A stretch of 63,836 nt of DNA, filler included, from Rhabdomonas costata (Eukaryota), in assembly GCA_019059605.1 (NCBI GenBank). It is 24 parts of 24 records of this genome, joined end to end, with 100 filler letters (N's around TTAATTAATTAA, not from the genome) between each part and the next. Parts side by side here need not be neighbours in the genome. Positions count along the whole stretch, not along the records: positions 23,993 to 26,555 come from JAHMHO010002838.1; positions 26,656 to 29,218 come from JAHMHO010002839.1; positions 29,319 to 31,882 come from JAHMHO010002840.1; positions 31,983 to 34,545 come from JAHMHO010002841.1; positions 34,646 to 37,208 come from JAHMHO010002842.1; positions 37,309 to 39,883 come from JAHMHO010002843.1; 18 more parts are not named here. One strand, 5' to 3'. The position numbers were made by a program, and so were the translations under genes. A model generated the notes under the pieces. It was not told where the DNA came from. It saw nothing but the letters and a program-made list of their open reading frames with translations, and did not search any database. Below, in pieces: positions 25,863 through 38,230 of this stretch (the first letter of the stretch is position 1; every line of letters starts with the position of its first letter).

Positions 25863-26734
25863 GTATTGTCGGGAAAGCATGCCTGAAAAAAGATGTACAC
25901 CGGTATGATGTTCATTTTTGTACGGCTTTAATACTTTTTTTTTTTTTGCTAAATTAACTAAAAGCGGTGACGTAAAGTATGCCAGCACTCTCGAAATGAC
26001 TGTATTTTTGTGTAAGGGGGTTAGGTAAGCTTTGCCAGTGCCCCGTGGATGATTGTTTTGTTAGTAGCTGAAAACTACTGCTGGCTAAGGACTCGCCAAT
26101 GGCTGGGACAGCAATAGTTTAGGGGCGAAGGCCAGTCGGCGCTGCAGCCGGAGTGAGACGGGCGGTAGGGGCGGGGACGTGACCTGGGGGCCCTTTAACA
26201 ACTTATAAGATATTCCTGGAAAAGCGTGCCAATCTCACCATTATGCCTTCCCAACCACTGACCCATACCCTCGAAATGATAAGGCCTGCAAAACGCCGGC
26301 AGCAGAGCACGTCCCAAACTCAAAGGCTAATTCCCAGCAGTATCTCTCCGGCGAAAAGCCATAAACCTAAAAGGAGGACTTCTCCCTTCTCCCTACTCCC
26401 CTCTCTCCTCCACCTAGCGGCTCGGGAGCAGCTTTCGCCACCGCGGTGGAGGAGCCATGCACCCCGGCCACCGAGCAGATCCATCCCGCTGCAAAAAGCA
26501 TACCACAGCATCTGACATACATACACATACAAACACACGAACCCTGCCACCCCCCNNNNNNNNNNNNNNNNNNNNNNNNNNNNNNNNNNNNNNNNNNNNT
26601 TAATTAATTAANNNNNNNNNNNNNNNNNNNNNNNNNNNNNNNNNNNNNNNNNNNNAAACCAGGAAAAGGTACCCTGTGCAGCAAGTTCTGGGATTCAGCT
26701 TTATCATTTTGTCAACCAGTGACTTCACTTCGAA

Positions 26735-28795
26735 ATGACTTCGGTGCTACCTCCAAAAGATGAATCGGCTTCAGTTGCTGTGACACCACCCGGAAACGTT
26801 CACGAATCCCAGGATGCTCCCAGCGCCACCCCTTCGGGAGCCGCTTCCTTTGGGATCGCTCCTGCCCTCACACCCGTGCTCCCTGCAGAAAACTCAGCTG
26901 CTTCCATGGCCGTTGTTCCGTCAGCTTCGCAGGTGTCCGTTTTTTTTAACTTTTCCTCTCCGGTCTAATTGTGAGGAAATAGCATTCAGTATTCAACGTC
27001 TGCCCCATACCTTTCTCTTTTGTTGTGGTAAAATCTGCTGGACCTCGTTGTTGTGGATTTGTAGGGTAACGGCTGGGGGAGTTTGCTCAATTTCCTCCTC
27101 CTCCCACTTCAGGTGCAAGCGGAACTGCGCAGCCGATTCACATCCTTAAATGGGACAGTTCCCACTACTCTGGGCTCCTATCACTCTTATCACTCTGACG
27201 TCTTGCCTGTGGGCGCGATCAGGGACCCTCCCGACAACTTTGTGCTTCAGGGGCAGCACAGTTGGATAGTCTTCAAGCAATCTGTTGGTTCTGGAAAGCA
27301 AGGGAAAATATTTGCGGCTTATTGTGCTCAACGAAAGCTGGACGCTGCAGTGAAGGTTTTGCCCGTGTCCGCTGCTGTGGCCCACTGCAAAGAGGTGCGC
27401 ATTAGTGAGCGAATGGGTGTACTTGTGTGCGTGGACCTCTTTTAGGTGAGAAAACAACAAACCGAGCAACAGCACACACACTAACAAGTCACAAACAACA
27501 CCAAAGTGCAGTCACCGAGAACCTCAAAAGGGCGACTGAAGAAGTTTCTGCAGTTGTTTCTCTTTTTGCCGGTCTGGGTGTCTTGCGGCAGCACTGGCTT
27601 CCAGATTGCACCAAGCGTCAGAGGTCATCTCAGAAATTTGGGTGGGGGTAGGATCACTTACTCTTCGAATTCTTCTAATATTTATCTTATTTGTTGGGTA
27701 ACTTCTGGAATGTTCCGTGTGACCGGAGCCGGAGTATCAAGCACGTGGTAGCATAACTTGATAACTGGACTTGCCGGTTGGGGACCATACGTGGTGGGAT
27801 GGCAGTCCTCCTGAGTTAAATTTCCTGGCATCTTCCCAGCCTCTGGCTGCATCTCTACCCCAGGGGCATTCGTTTTCGGCCTTGAGAGGTCTGTTCGTTT
27901 CGACTTGCCGCTTTCAAGAGCCTGAGATGCCCTTTTTGGACCCTTTTAGCCCTGCATACTGAGCCTGAATTTTCGGCCGGGCCTACGTAGCACATCTCTG
28001 GGCAGAGCCCAGGAAAACTTTACGCTGGTACCGGACTGGGCCGGAATGTGCTTCCGACAGCCCCCCCCCCCGCCGATTGTGATTGTGCCAACAGCTGACA
28101 TGTGTATTTGTTTCGGTGCACATATCATGAAGAAGAAGGGGAAGAAACTTAGATCGCGAATAAAAAAGAGGTGAGGTCCGACACTCCAACGTCGGCGGTG
28201 GGAACCGTCTTCAAAAATAGTCCCTTTCAAGAGCACAGTATGTGAGTTTGCGAGGAGCCATCATTCCGAAGTGGAAGTGCTGGATTAATTTCTGCCGTGT
28301 GTCGATTAAAATTGACTCCGGCCGCTCAGTATTGCAAAGGGTTGGAGCGTCAACTCAAATTGATGACTGCGTGTGTCCGTCTTGCTGGCCATACCGAATT
28401 AGCCATCCCTTTCTTTCAGCTTGTCCCTGCCCTTGTTTTTCATTTCGTCTTCTTCATCTTTGCCATTGAATTTGATAGCGGCATCTGGTGGCACCACGTC
28501 ACCTGTGTACAGTCGGCAATTGTTGACTCTAATCCCAAGATCCCAGCTTTCTGCTCTTGCCTTTGGTTGCCTCAGATTCAGATGCTGAGGAATCTGCAAC
28601 ACAAAAACATCGTCAAGCTGTACGACGACGCCAATGAAATGGCTTGCTTCCCTTCGTGCATCTGCATTGTCATGGAAAAGCTTCTTTGTTCCTTGCAGCT
28701 CTGGGTGCACGAGAAAAAAGTGGGACTTCCAGAGTGCGTTCTGCCGAAGTATTTGACGCAAATACTACTCGGATTACAGTACCTTCACAGCCAGG
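26735..28795 (+). CDS. Ser/Thr protein kinase, N-terminal part
   Basis: Exons give VGSGKQGKIF, AAVKVL, E|IQMLRNLQHKNIVKLYD, CIVMEKL and QILLGLQYLHSQG (subdomains I-VIa), joined by GT-AG introns in phase. Confidence 0.9.
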
Positions 28796-29556
28796 GTATG
28801 CGTGATGGCGACTGCCGTGGGGTTTTCTTCGCGTTTCGCGACCCTCTTCCAGGATTTCGAGTCTTTTTTTTTTTTTTGTGAATCATCACTATCAGTACTT
28901 TGTTTTGGGATGACATCGGCGACGCACTGTTCGCTACACAATTCAATTTGCAGGCGGTAGTACTTATGGTCCCCCCCCCCATCAGTCTTCCATCTTTGAG
29001 CTGTGAACTCGTGCCTTATGGGGCCCCTTCCCGAGAGTGCAGTTGGTTATGAGGTGATGCAAGCGCCACCCAACAGAATTTTTTGCGGGCGATGCATGTG
29101 CTCCCCAGGACTCTTTCCAGGATGTCTCCGCTGTACTCCGTGGCCCAACAACCCAGGTGCCATCATATGTTAGACATCCAACTGCGGGTTAAAGCGAGGG
29201 CATAAATGGACTTATGCCNNNNNNNNNNNNNNNNNNNNNNNNNNNNNNNNNNNNNNNNNNNNTTAATTAATTAANNNNNNNNNNNNNNNNNNNNNNNNNN
29301 NNNNNNNNNNNNNNNNNNGGTTTTTGGGGATTTTTTGGAATTGTCATTGCTGGGCTTTGACAAACAAATGGGACAAGATTATTTTAGGCGCGGAGACCAG
29401 TCCGCGGCGCAGCCGGAGCTAGCGGATGGGTTGGGACGTTCCATGAGGTGAGCAATGCCCCGTTTAGCACTGCTCAACGTCCGAATCAGACCCCCCACAC
29501 CAAAAAATACAAGGGGCCCAAACAACGTGTGCAAACACAACTCCCTCCGGGCACAC

Positions 29557-31369
29557 CTTCTCGGCATGCTTGAAGACGTACTTGCAGTACACCCGCTCGG
29601 TGAAGTCCTCGGGGAGGTTCTTCGCGGAGATGACATGCACGATGAGGTCAATCCGCTTTCCCAGCAGCGCGGACAGCGGTACCTGGCCCGCCTCCTCCGT
29701 GACCGCCGCGCCGAGCTGCTCGGTGTGCTTCTTCAATGGATACGTACTGAAAGTAACCGATACGGAGGGAGGAGAAAGAAGCGGCGGAGGTGCTTGTCAC
29801 TTCCCTACACAATGCTTGCTCATATCTTGCTTTGTCTGATCTTCCAGGAGGGGGTGTTGAGAAAACCTAATTTTTCTCTCCTCCTTAGCAGACAAACGAT
29901 GACTGTTTGCGGCGGTACAAAACTATATACCGGGCAAAAATCTGGAAGAGCAGGAAGAAACAAAAAGCACACAGTGCCAAAAATCTGATGTACAAGGGGA
30001 CACATTTAGCAGTTTTGCAGCAGTAGTTTTGGATATTGTCAAAATTGCAAAGTTTGAGTGAAGGGTGTGGGCTAAGCCCCCCCCCCCCTACATCCTCGCC
30101 CGAGGGGAGGGGAAGAGAGAGGGAATGGGGAGCCGTACCTCACCATGAGCAAGGCCCCGTCGTGGTCCGGATTATCGCAAATCAGCGGCAGGGTGACGTA
30201 GCTGGAGGTCAACTGGAGGATGTTTTTCAGGCTGAGGTGGGCTCTCCCGATGAAGTAGCTACCGCCGCCCAGGTTGGACCCGTTCGAGACCAGCCCAGGA
30301 TGCACAGCCTGGGGAGAGACAGACCCCCCCCGTCCACTCACCCGCAAGCAGGCGCACCGAGCGGCCAATACCTCTTGGCGCAAAAGGCTCAGGGGGTCGG
30401 CCTTGAGGGTCTTTTCTCTGGTGCAACCTCGGGGGCGCCCAACCAACGGGCCTGCACTGATGGAATGACATGAGAAAGCCACACTCTCTCCCGCGATGAA
30501 CCTAAGGAAATGAGCAACTGTACTCTCTGCGACGTCCAGCACTCAGCGGATGGGCACGAGCGGAACAGTGTGCAAAGAACCAGACACAATTATCCTGCAG
30601 TCAAACCAAAGACAAGCACTCCCGTTGCATAAACCTCAAAATGAACCTGGTGGTACTGACGAAGGGGACATGGCTTGCGCTTTTACCAATCTGTCCTATT
30701 CCACCAAGCCTCTGCTTATCGTAGATCCATTCAGTGATCATCAGTTTTGTCCACGTTTTTCTCTGTGTGTCGCCTTAATCCATATTATCTCCCGAGACGT
30801 TGAACCTTTTCCATGGATGGTTCCCTTGACTCAACGATTGCCACCCCCTTTCCCAAGTATTCTTGCCCCAAAGAGGATGGGGACAACTCATCATTCAAAA
30901 GCTGCGAAATGGCGAGTGGGTTTTGCAGAAGGCAGTAGCTGCGGCTGCGGCTTCGTTTTCAGTGGTGTTGGTGGCGGTGAGCAGAACGAGGATGCTTCCC
31001 GCAAATGATTCGCGGTGAAAATAGTTAGCCGATTCCCTTTATAATTTCCGATCCTTTCGTATGTTTGCTTGCACAACAGAAACCAATCCCATACTACATC
31101 TGCTCACACGTTGTCGCGACCTGTTGAAATCGTGCATTTTGAATTCTTTCTCTTGTGAGTTGGCAACTGCCTTCTCGCAGGAGCGAAGGGAGGGAGGGAG
31201 AGATCCCCACCTCTGCTTCGGCCTGGAGCCTCTTGATAGTCTCCCCCCGCTCCTGCAGCTCCAGCCGCAGCTGCTGGTTCTTCTCCTTCTCCTCATCGAA
31301 GAGCTTCTGCAGCTCCGCGTACCTCGCCTTGAGCTCCTTGAGCTCCAGCTGCTCCTGCATCGCGTTAAC
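29557..31369 (-). CDS. Coiled-coil plus C2-like protein resembling a kinesin-3 (KIF28/KLP-6-type) tail, partial
   Basis: A coiled-coil exon (QLELKELKARYAELQKLF), then YFIGRAHLSLKNIL...GALLMVSTYP and LLGKRIDLIVHVISAKNLPEDFTERVYCKYVF. Confidence 0.6.
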
Positions 31370-34300
31370 CTGAACACCCCACCCACCCACTCAGCCTTGT
31401 GTGATGCTCTCCTTTTCGAAAGAGCCTGACCCCTCACCGTTCGTGCAGGGTCCTGCCTCACTTGGAACCACTGCGACTGGGGTCGTAAAGGGTAAGGAAA
31501 CGAAATAAAAATATAGTTCGACCACTGACTGTCCCCAGGATGGTGCTCAGCGCCCATACATGTGCCCTTTTCTGGGGGCAAATATCAGGTCGGTATAATG
31601 TTGGAGTGCTTCATAAGGCTCGGCGATGCTCTTTTTAAACAAGATAAGTGTTTGTTTTATGCCTCTTTCAATTTTTAACAGCCGCCACAGCAGTTCTTCG
31701 ACCCCCCCCCCTCCCTTTTGAAAATTTCCGGAACCACAGATTGAGAGCCACCGGCACACTCTTGGGTGCAGTGTGTCCTGGGGTCACACAAACACGCACA
31801 CCACACAGCCATACACACCCCAACATGATATTATGGAAAAGACGAATAACCGGTCAACCAAGAAAAACCGGGCAAAGCAAAGNNNNNNNNNNNNNNNNNN
31901 NNNNNNNNNNNNNNNNNNNNNNNNNNTTAATTAATTAANNNNNNNNNNNNNNNNNNNNNNNNNNNNNNNNNNNNNNNNNNNNGGGGGGGTTGGCAATATA
32001 AAAACAGAGGGTGACGGCGCCGCAAACCGGTAAAGTACCCTGACATTTTCAGATGCAAACAGACAGACGAGGCAGCCTGCACCCTACGTTATCAGGCCCT
32101 GGCTGAACGACCCGTCTGCTGAAAAAGTAGCGGGGAGGTCTTGACCCTTCCTCTCCATACAAACCCTATGTTTGTAAGTGTATATAACCTTTTCTGATAC
32201 ACGCCAGCGCGCTGCGGCACCGGCGGCCACAAGGTAATGCACAGTAAGAAGCCAAGCACGTATAGCGCACAAACAGAATACAGAGAGAAGCAGCAGAGCA
32301 CCGAATCGTATGAACATCCAGCAACCCGCTTTCCTTTCTCCAAACCACTCGTACTTCTGGCAACACAGACACACAATCCCGAATTTGGCCCAATGTATCA
32401 ACCAAAAAATATGCCGCTCTCGCCCACCCCAATCGTCAGATCCCGATATCCGAAATGACTTTCGATCGCTAAGCCAATGGTTACCTCGTTAGAACAAAAG
32501 GGGAGCAAAAGGTGGGGTTGTGGTGCATTTCATAGGATCTTTTCTGTTTCTATCTTAGCATTCACGCCTGGTGTCCATCCTCTTTCTTCCCTGTACAAAG
32601 TCAAAAAAAAAAAAGCGAAGTTTGGAGAGTCCAGCAGATGGCGATGGAAAGGAAGAGCACAGATTAAGCAAGACAGACAGGCAGGCAGACAGACACACAC
32701 ACACACATACACAGAGTTGGGTGTACAGGGTAGGCACTGGTACGGTGTCAGGCACCGAAATCCATGCACGGTCTACCACGCTAATCTCGATCAGGCGTTA
32801 GGCTGAAGGCACCTCTGGCCCCCAGGTCTTCCCCTTTGAAACATGGGGGCCAACAGGTGCCTGGTTGGGGACATAAGTTGCCTCGGCGCGCTTGAATGAC
32901 CGAAGTGTCGTTCCGTGGCAAAACTATGGATGTTATTGGGAAGGGTCAAACACGGCATTCTTCTGTCGCCGCTTTCCTCGGGTTATGCTAATGCACTGGT
33001 TTCGGTCTCTTTTGCCTTTGAACACCATACTCCTCGTTCGGTGTTGTTTCCTCACCTACTAGAGGAGCCGGCACTGGATCCCCCCCAGAACCCCTCGCAG
33101 CCGTTAGGTGTCCTCTGGCACGGAGACGTCGAGCGGGCGTCACTCAAACAACTTTGTCACCGTTGTCGTCGTCGTCGATGTGGTGGGCGTGCACAAACAC
33201 TGAGTATTGTTCCTTGTCTGAGAATTGCATCAAGCTATATGGCTGATGTCCTGGAAATGAAAGGTGCAACCTGTGCAACTGCCGCTACCACAGGGTACTC
33301 TCGTTAAGCGGTCAAAACAGCTGAAAAATTCGTCCATACAACATTTGGGACAGCCACGACCACTAAGCGGCTGCACTGCGGAAATCTTGGCCATGGCAAC
33401 CGGAGGATTATGCGCTGAAGATGAATCCGCATCAGGCTGTGGGGCGCATCGCTCAGATGTAGAAGGGTCAGCACCTCCACCGGACATTTGCCCGCAGGTT
33501 GCAGAGCATTTTCCGGTTGATTCCACTTGCGAGAATGAAACTTTCTGAAGCGACATCTGTTGATCTGACCTCGTGGAACGGCGCTTTGGCAAGTTTGGGG
33601 CGGCTCACCACGTCCAACACAGCACTCGCTGGGTGGAGGAATGGTTGGATGATGGCGAGGCGGGTGGAATATTATCCGAATTCTCGAATTCTCGGTGGCG
33701 GAATATTATCCGATTCGACGCACACGAACACAGCAGTAGATGAGAGAAAAACACGGTTGAGCCGAACATTCAAACTGAAGGGAGAACCTGCTTGGTGTGA
33801 CGGCCTGCATGCCCTGATGACCGCCGCAGCCAGGGTTTCGGCTACGACTCGAATACACTCCCCACTTTGCAGATCGCATCGCATCACATAACTGGAGGCA
33901 ACAAGAGAGAACAATAATATGAGAAAAAGAATAGAATATAAAGAGAATTTTAAGAATAAAAAGAGGTGACGAGATGTCGTTTTCGGTCAGCTGGAGTAAA
34001 AAAACACCTGCACTGCGTGGGAGACAGCATAAACTAGATTTTGTAGGAACAGGCTTTTAAAAAAATTTAAAGGGATGAACGTTCAAAAGGTGACGTTGCT
34101 CGTTGTTGATTTATTATTCTTCCGTTCCATTATTAATACCTTTATTAATACCTTTGCCGATCGTGCAAATTGACACATTTTCAACTGATTTCAACAGAAA
34201 AGCACGCAGAGACAAACCCGAAAATCAGGTCATTTCGGGGACTCACAGCGGCCAAGACAGGCATGAGCACCCCGATGTCAAGGCGCACACCATGACGGCC

Positions 34301-34649
34301 AACTCGGCAAACCATGGGCTCGGAGAGCTCCACAGCATTCGTTGCGTCAACCTGGCCGAAATTGCCGAAGAAAACGGACCCAGCGTTTACAACAGGGTAG
34401 ACACTTGAACACGGTACAGCTTTCATTGTGAAAAAGGTGAGTTTACTGAGCAGGTGAAGGCAATGCACAGAGAAGACGCTGCTAATGGGTTGCCCCAGCT
34501 ACCATGCTTCAACTCCGTCACCAGGTCTTCGAGAATTTCAACAAANNNNNNNNNNNNNNNNNNNNNNNNNNNNNNNNNNNNNNNNNNNNTTAATTAATTA
34601 ANNNNNNNNNNNNNNNNNNNNNNNNNNNNNNNNNNNNNNNNNNNNGGGG

Positions 34650-35350
34650 TTTGGTAAGGTTCCCACCCTCAATATGCACTGTGTACGCGACATTCGCGGC
34701 CCCGAAGCCTGGGGACCACTTCCCTACAAAAATAAAGTTCCCGCACTGCTCCATAACACAAGGGGCGATGAGTGTGAGTGAGAATGAGTGAGAGTGAGTG
34801 AGTGAGTGAGTGAGTGTGCATCTGCCCGCACTGCTCTTCCTGCAGTCCCAGAAAACGCGGAGGGGGTGGTTCTGACTGATAGGTGATAACTTTCCAAAAG
34901 GGCAGCATCCTCTTCTATGGATTCCCAGCAAGCCAAATGGTTAGGTTTTTTGGCGACACTTTTCTCCACCTCTTCTGGGGTTGGACGGAGAATACTTTCC
35001 GCTGCATTGCATAAAATCACAATAACAAGAAGCAACACTCCAGAAGTGATGGTGAGGAGATGAAGATGCAGATTTTTGGGGCGATACTTAGCCCTCCACC
35101 TCTTCTGAGGTTGGACGGAAAATGCTTTTCGCTGCATTGCATGAAATCAAAAGAGCGCAGTTCATCGAATTCACCACGCACCGCTCTGCAGGTAGAAGAA
35201 CAAGTTGCCCACGAACGCGGGCACGATGCTGTCAAACTGCACATCCATCTTGACCACGGGGTCGTCAGCGGGCACGTCAAACTCGATCTTCTGGCCCACC
35301 GTGGTGCCATACACAAACCATTCCGAGCCCTTCAGGCCCTCATACTGAAT
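34650..35350 (-). CDS. Jacalin-like lectin domain (partial, 2 exons)
   Basis: Exons 35350-35182 and 34723 onward splice to IQYEG...YGTTVGQKIEFDVPADDPVVKMDV...VGNLFFYLQSGKWSPGFG, matching the jacalin pattern F.L..DE.I..V...V..L.F.T.SG..SP.FG. Confidence 0.65.
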
Positions 35351-36358
35351 CTGAGACGAGAAATTAGGGAGCAGGACAGAGCTTGGGCGGAAAGCTGTGC
35401 TTTGCTGTGCGTGTGTGTGTGTGCGCGGACTTGTGTTTGGCTCGGAATCGATTGAGGAAAATGGCTCGTACCGAGCAGACGGAATTTCACGCTTTGGAGC
35501 GCAGGCGCTAGTCTTTTACTGCCCCCCTGTCCACCCTGTCTGAGCTGCGAACCAATACCTAATGCCTTTATGGGCCCCTTCCAGTGCAGGGGGTTAGCGA
35601 TGCACGGGATTGCAATAAATGGTATTGAAGGCGGTTATGTGGCGATGCTCGTGCTCCCTGGGACTCTTTCCAGAATGTCTTGGGCTGCGGCCCAAGATCC
35701 TAGGTGCTTTCATTTTGTTTGACATGCATATGTGGGTTGCACGTTACGGGTTACAGCGGGTTCAGGAGGGAGGGAGAGGCCTAAATGTGCCTGAAAAAGC
35801 CATTCCATTGTCCTTCACGTTGGTCAGTATTGGTGGTAGGAACTCATTCCTTGCTGGGATTTACCCAGCAAAAGGGAGCAGGCGGCTGAGGCGGGGACGT
35901 TGCCTGTTGCCTAGGGGTAGATTTCAATACTACGTGACGACACACGTGAAACGAAAGCATGAACACTGGTATCCATGTGGGCTGGGGCCCCACGGTTTAA
36001 TTTCGTCCTTAGTCGTGTAACGCCGTCATTTCGTATAACGGCGTTACAGCGTTTAACGCCCCCCCCCAATAGACCAGAATCCAAGATTTGTCAGTCCTTA
36101 GCTGGCGTTAAACAAGAGCGAGGAGGCCAGCGGGGCAACATGAAACACTTACAGTCATGGGCGAAAAGGGCGCTGAGTTTGGCAACAAAAGGTCATCATG
36201 CGGAACGGTGAATTGCCTCCATTTTTGCAGAGTGATTTTGTGTTTGCATTTGCTTGTTCGTTCCTGTTTTTTTTTTTTGCTTCCGGCTGCTGTTTGACCT
36301 GCACCAATCATTCGGGAGGCCTTGATTTGCAAAGTACTGATGGGCAGAAGCTGCGTTG

Positions 36359-37208
36359 ATGGGTGACTTTGATCTGGTTTTTGGAGACATCTTTGCTGCA
36401 GATTCTGCTGCTGAAGCGGAAAGGGTTGCATCGCAGACCATTGTTGCATACCCGGTACCTGATCAAAATGACCAGTCCCGCTGGGTTTCTAAATCTGATC
36501 CACTGTCTTTTTTGACTGAGCTCTTGCCCACAACCACCGCAGCGGAAGGCGATTCTGACGGAGAAGTTGATGTTCCTCGTTGGACAGCTGAACTTGAAGA
36601 TGAAAATCTTCAGCCTCCGTCACACACACCTGGGGTTTCCGCACAGGAGTATTCTCGGCGTCATCCAACTCCCACATCTCTGGATAAATTTGCTATGCGT
36701 GGGATACTTGCAGCTGAAACTGCTCCGACATCCACTTTCTCAGAACTTCCTTGGATTGCCGCCATTCCATCTCAAGTTCATCCGCCGGCTCTCCCTGAAA
36801 GCCAGCACTCAGCCGTGTATCGGGTAGATCAGAAATCTGATGCACTGGTTGACATTTTACAAAAATCTCTGATTCCTGTCAAGGATGAACCGGAACTTCT
36901 TTCGACGCTTTGCGAAGTTCTGCCATCTGCCGATGAGTTGGAACCCAGAGGGGTTCCCTACGTCAAAGATGAGTACCAAGCTGGAAATGCGGTTACAGGT
37001 GAAGGGAAGCCTGCAACGACGACTCTGTCGCGTCTTTTTGAGGGGCATTCACCCGCTGCTTTCTCAATTGGAAATGCAGTACCAAAACCGGAGTTGACGT
37101 CCATCTCCGATGTCCCTCCTCCCCCTCCCATCCCGTCTAACGTTCTGCCTTCTGACATTGTGTCACAAACCGGTCACCGTGCAGATTTGAATCTTCGGGA
37201 AAGTGCAA
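36359..37208 (+). CDS. Acidic, Pro-rich hypothetical protein, long first exon, truncated
   Basis: An uninterrupted ORF of about 283 codons from ATG 36359 after a pyrimidine tract, running into the contig end. No domain recognised. Confidence 0.5.
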
Positions 37209-37308
37209 NNNNNNNNNNNNNNNNNNNNNNNNNNNNNNNNNNNNNNNNNNNNTTAATTAATTAANNNNNNNNNNNNNNNNNNNNNNNNNNNNNNNNNNNN
37301 NNNNNNNN

Positions 37309-38230
37309 GGTTTTTCGCAATCTCTGCGATCAGAAGCTCCTCAAAAACCGCCTGGGCGGAGGCCGCGATGGTGCGCTGCGACTCGGAGTCCTCTGGGAAG
37401 GAGCCCGCCAGCTCCGCCATCACAGTCTTCGCCTCCGCCGTGGTCTTCGTCAAGAAAAGCGGTTTCAGCCGGGCCTTCCACTCCTCGCTGGGCTTCCCCA
37501 TGGAGGAGTACCCCATCAGCGTCCCGGCGTACTTGTTGCAGTGCAAGGGGTGATCCGCCCAGCACCGGGGCTCGCGCTTCCCGCTGTTCATCTCCATCAT
37601 GTTCGCCCCGATGAACTCGTACGCCAACGCAATGTTGAGCTTCGAGCTACGGAGCCTCATAACTCCACGTTCAGAGCCGCGCTCGCCCCACCACACGTTG
37701 AAGAGGCCATCATTCTCGTCGGTGTCGGCGGAGATGACCAACGCGGTCTCGAAGGAGGAGTCGTAAAAGGCATGAAGTGCGTGACTCTTTTGGTGACCCG
37801 AGGTCAGCCAACGCTTAGCAGAAAAGACGGTCTTCAGGGTGGGAATCATCCACGGCCGAATGTAGTCGGAATGAGGATCCACCACAATGCCCACGGAGAA
37901 CTGGATCGGCGTTGTCGTGGCGTTGCTGGGCTTCGACGAGGACGGGGAATTCAGGCCTCGGACTTGCGCCGTGGCAAGCGTCGCGGCCTTCTGCCACTGC
38001 TGGATGAACTCCGCCCGAATGTGGCTTTTCTCGAAGTATCGTACCCCGAAGATCCGCTCCAGCTCCAGAACCAGCTGAATCTCGCTGCCCTTGGAGATGA
38101 CCAAGGTGTTGTCATGGGCGCCCATGTGAACGGAGACCACCCAGTTCTCTTCAGGCTTGGACTCCGCGCCATGTGATGGAAGGAAACTTAAAGCCAAAAG
38201 GCAGAGTACCGTCAGCAACGATAATGCCAT
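37309..38230 (-). CDS. NodU/CmcH-family carbamoyltransferase (Kae1-like N-domain) with signal peptide, 3'-truncated
   Basis: Signal-like start MALSLLTVLCLLALSFLPSHGA. Family motifs: GAHDNTLVIS..EIQLVLELERIF, GHQKSHALHAFYDSSFETALVISAD (HxxxH plus D metal site), AGTLMGYSSMG, IAASAQAVFEE. Confidence 0.85.

Noticed and set aside
29745-29765. Apparent non-AG acceptor (tatcg|GTT) in the kinesin-like gene
   Set aside because: A conventional solution exists: donor ag|gtacgg and acceptor ttcag|t give LMVSTYP in frame.
32807-32861. Imperfect hairpin aggcacct..ggcccc / ggggcc..aggtgcct as a riboswitch or ncRNA
   Set aside because: No conserved riboswitch or snRNA motif was recognised, and a single imperfect GC-rich stem is expected by chance.
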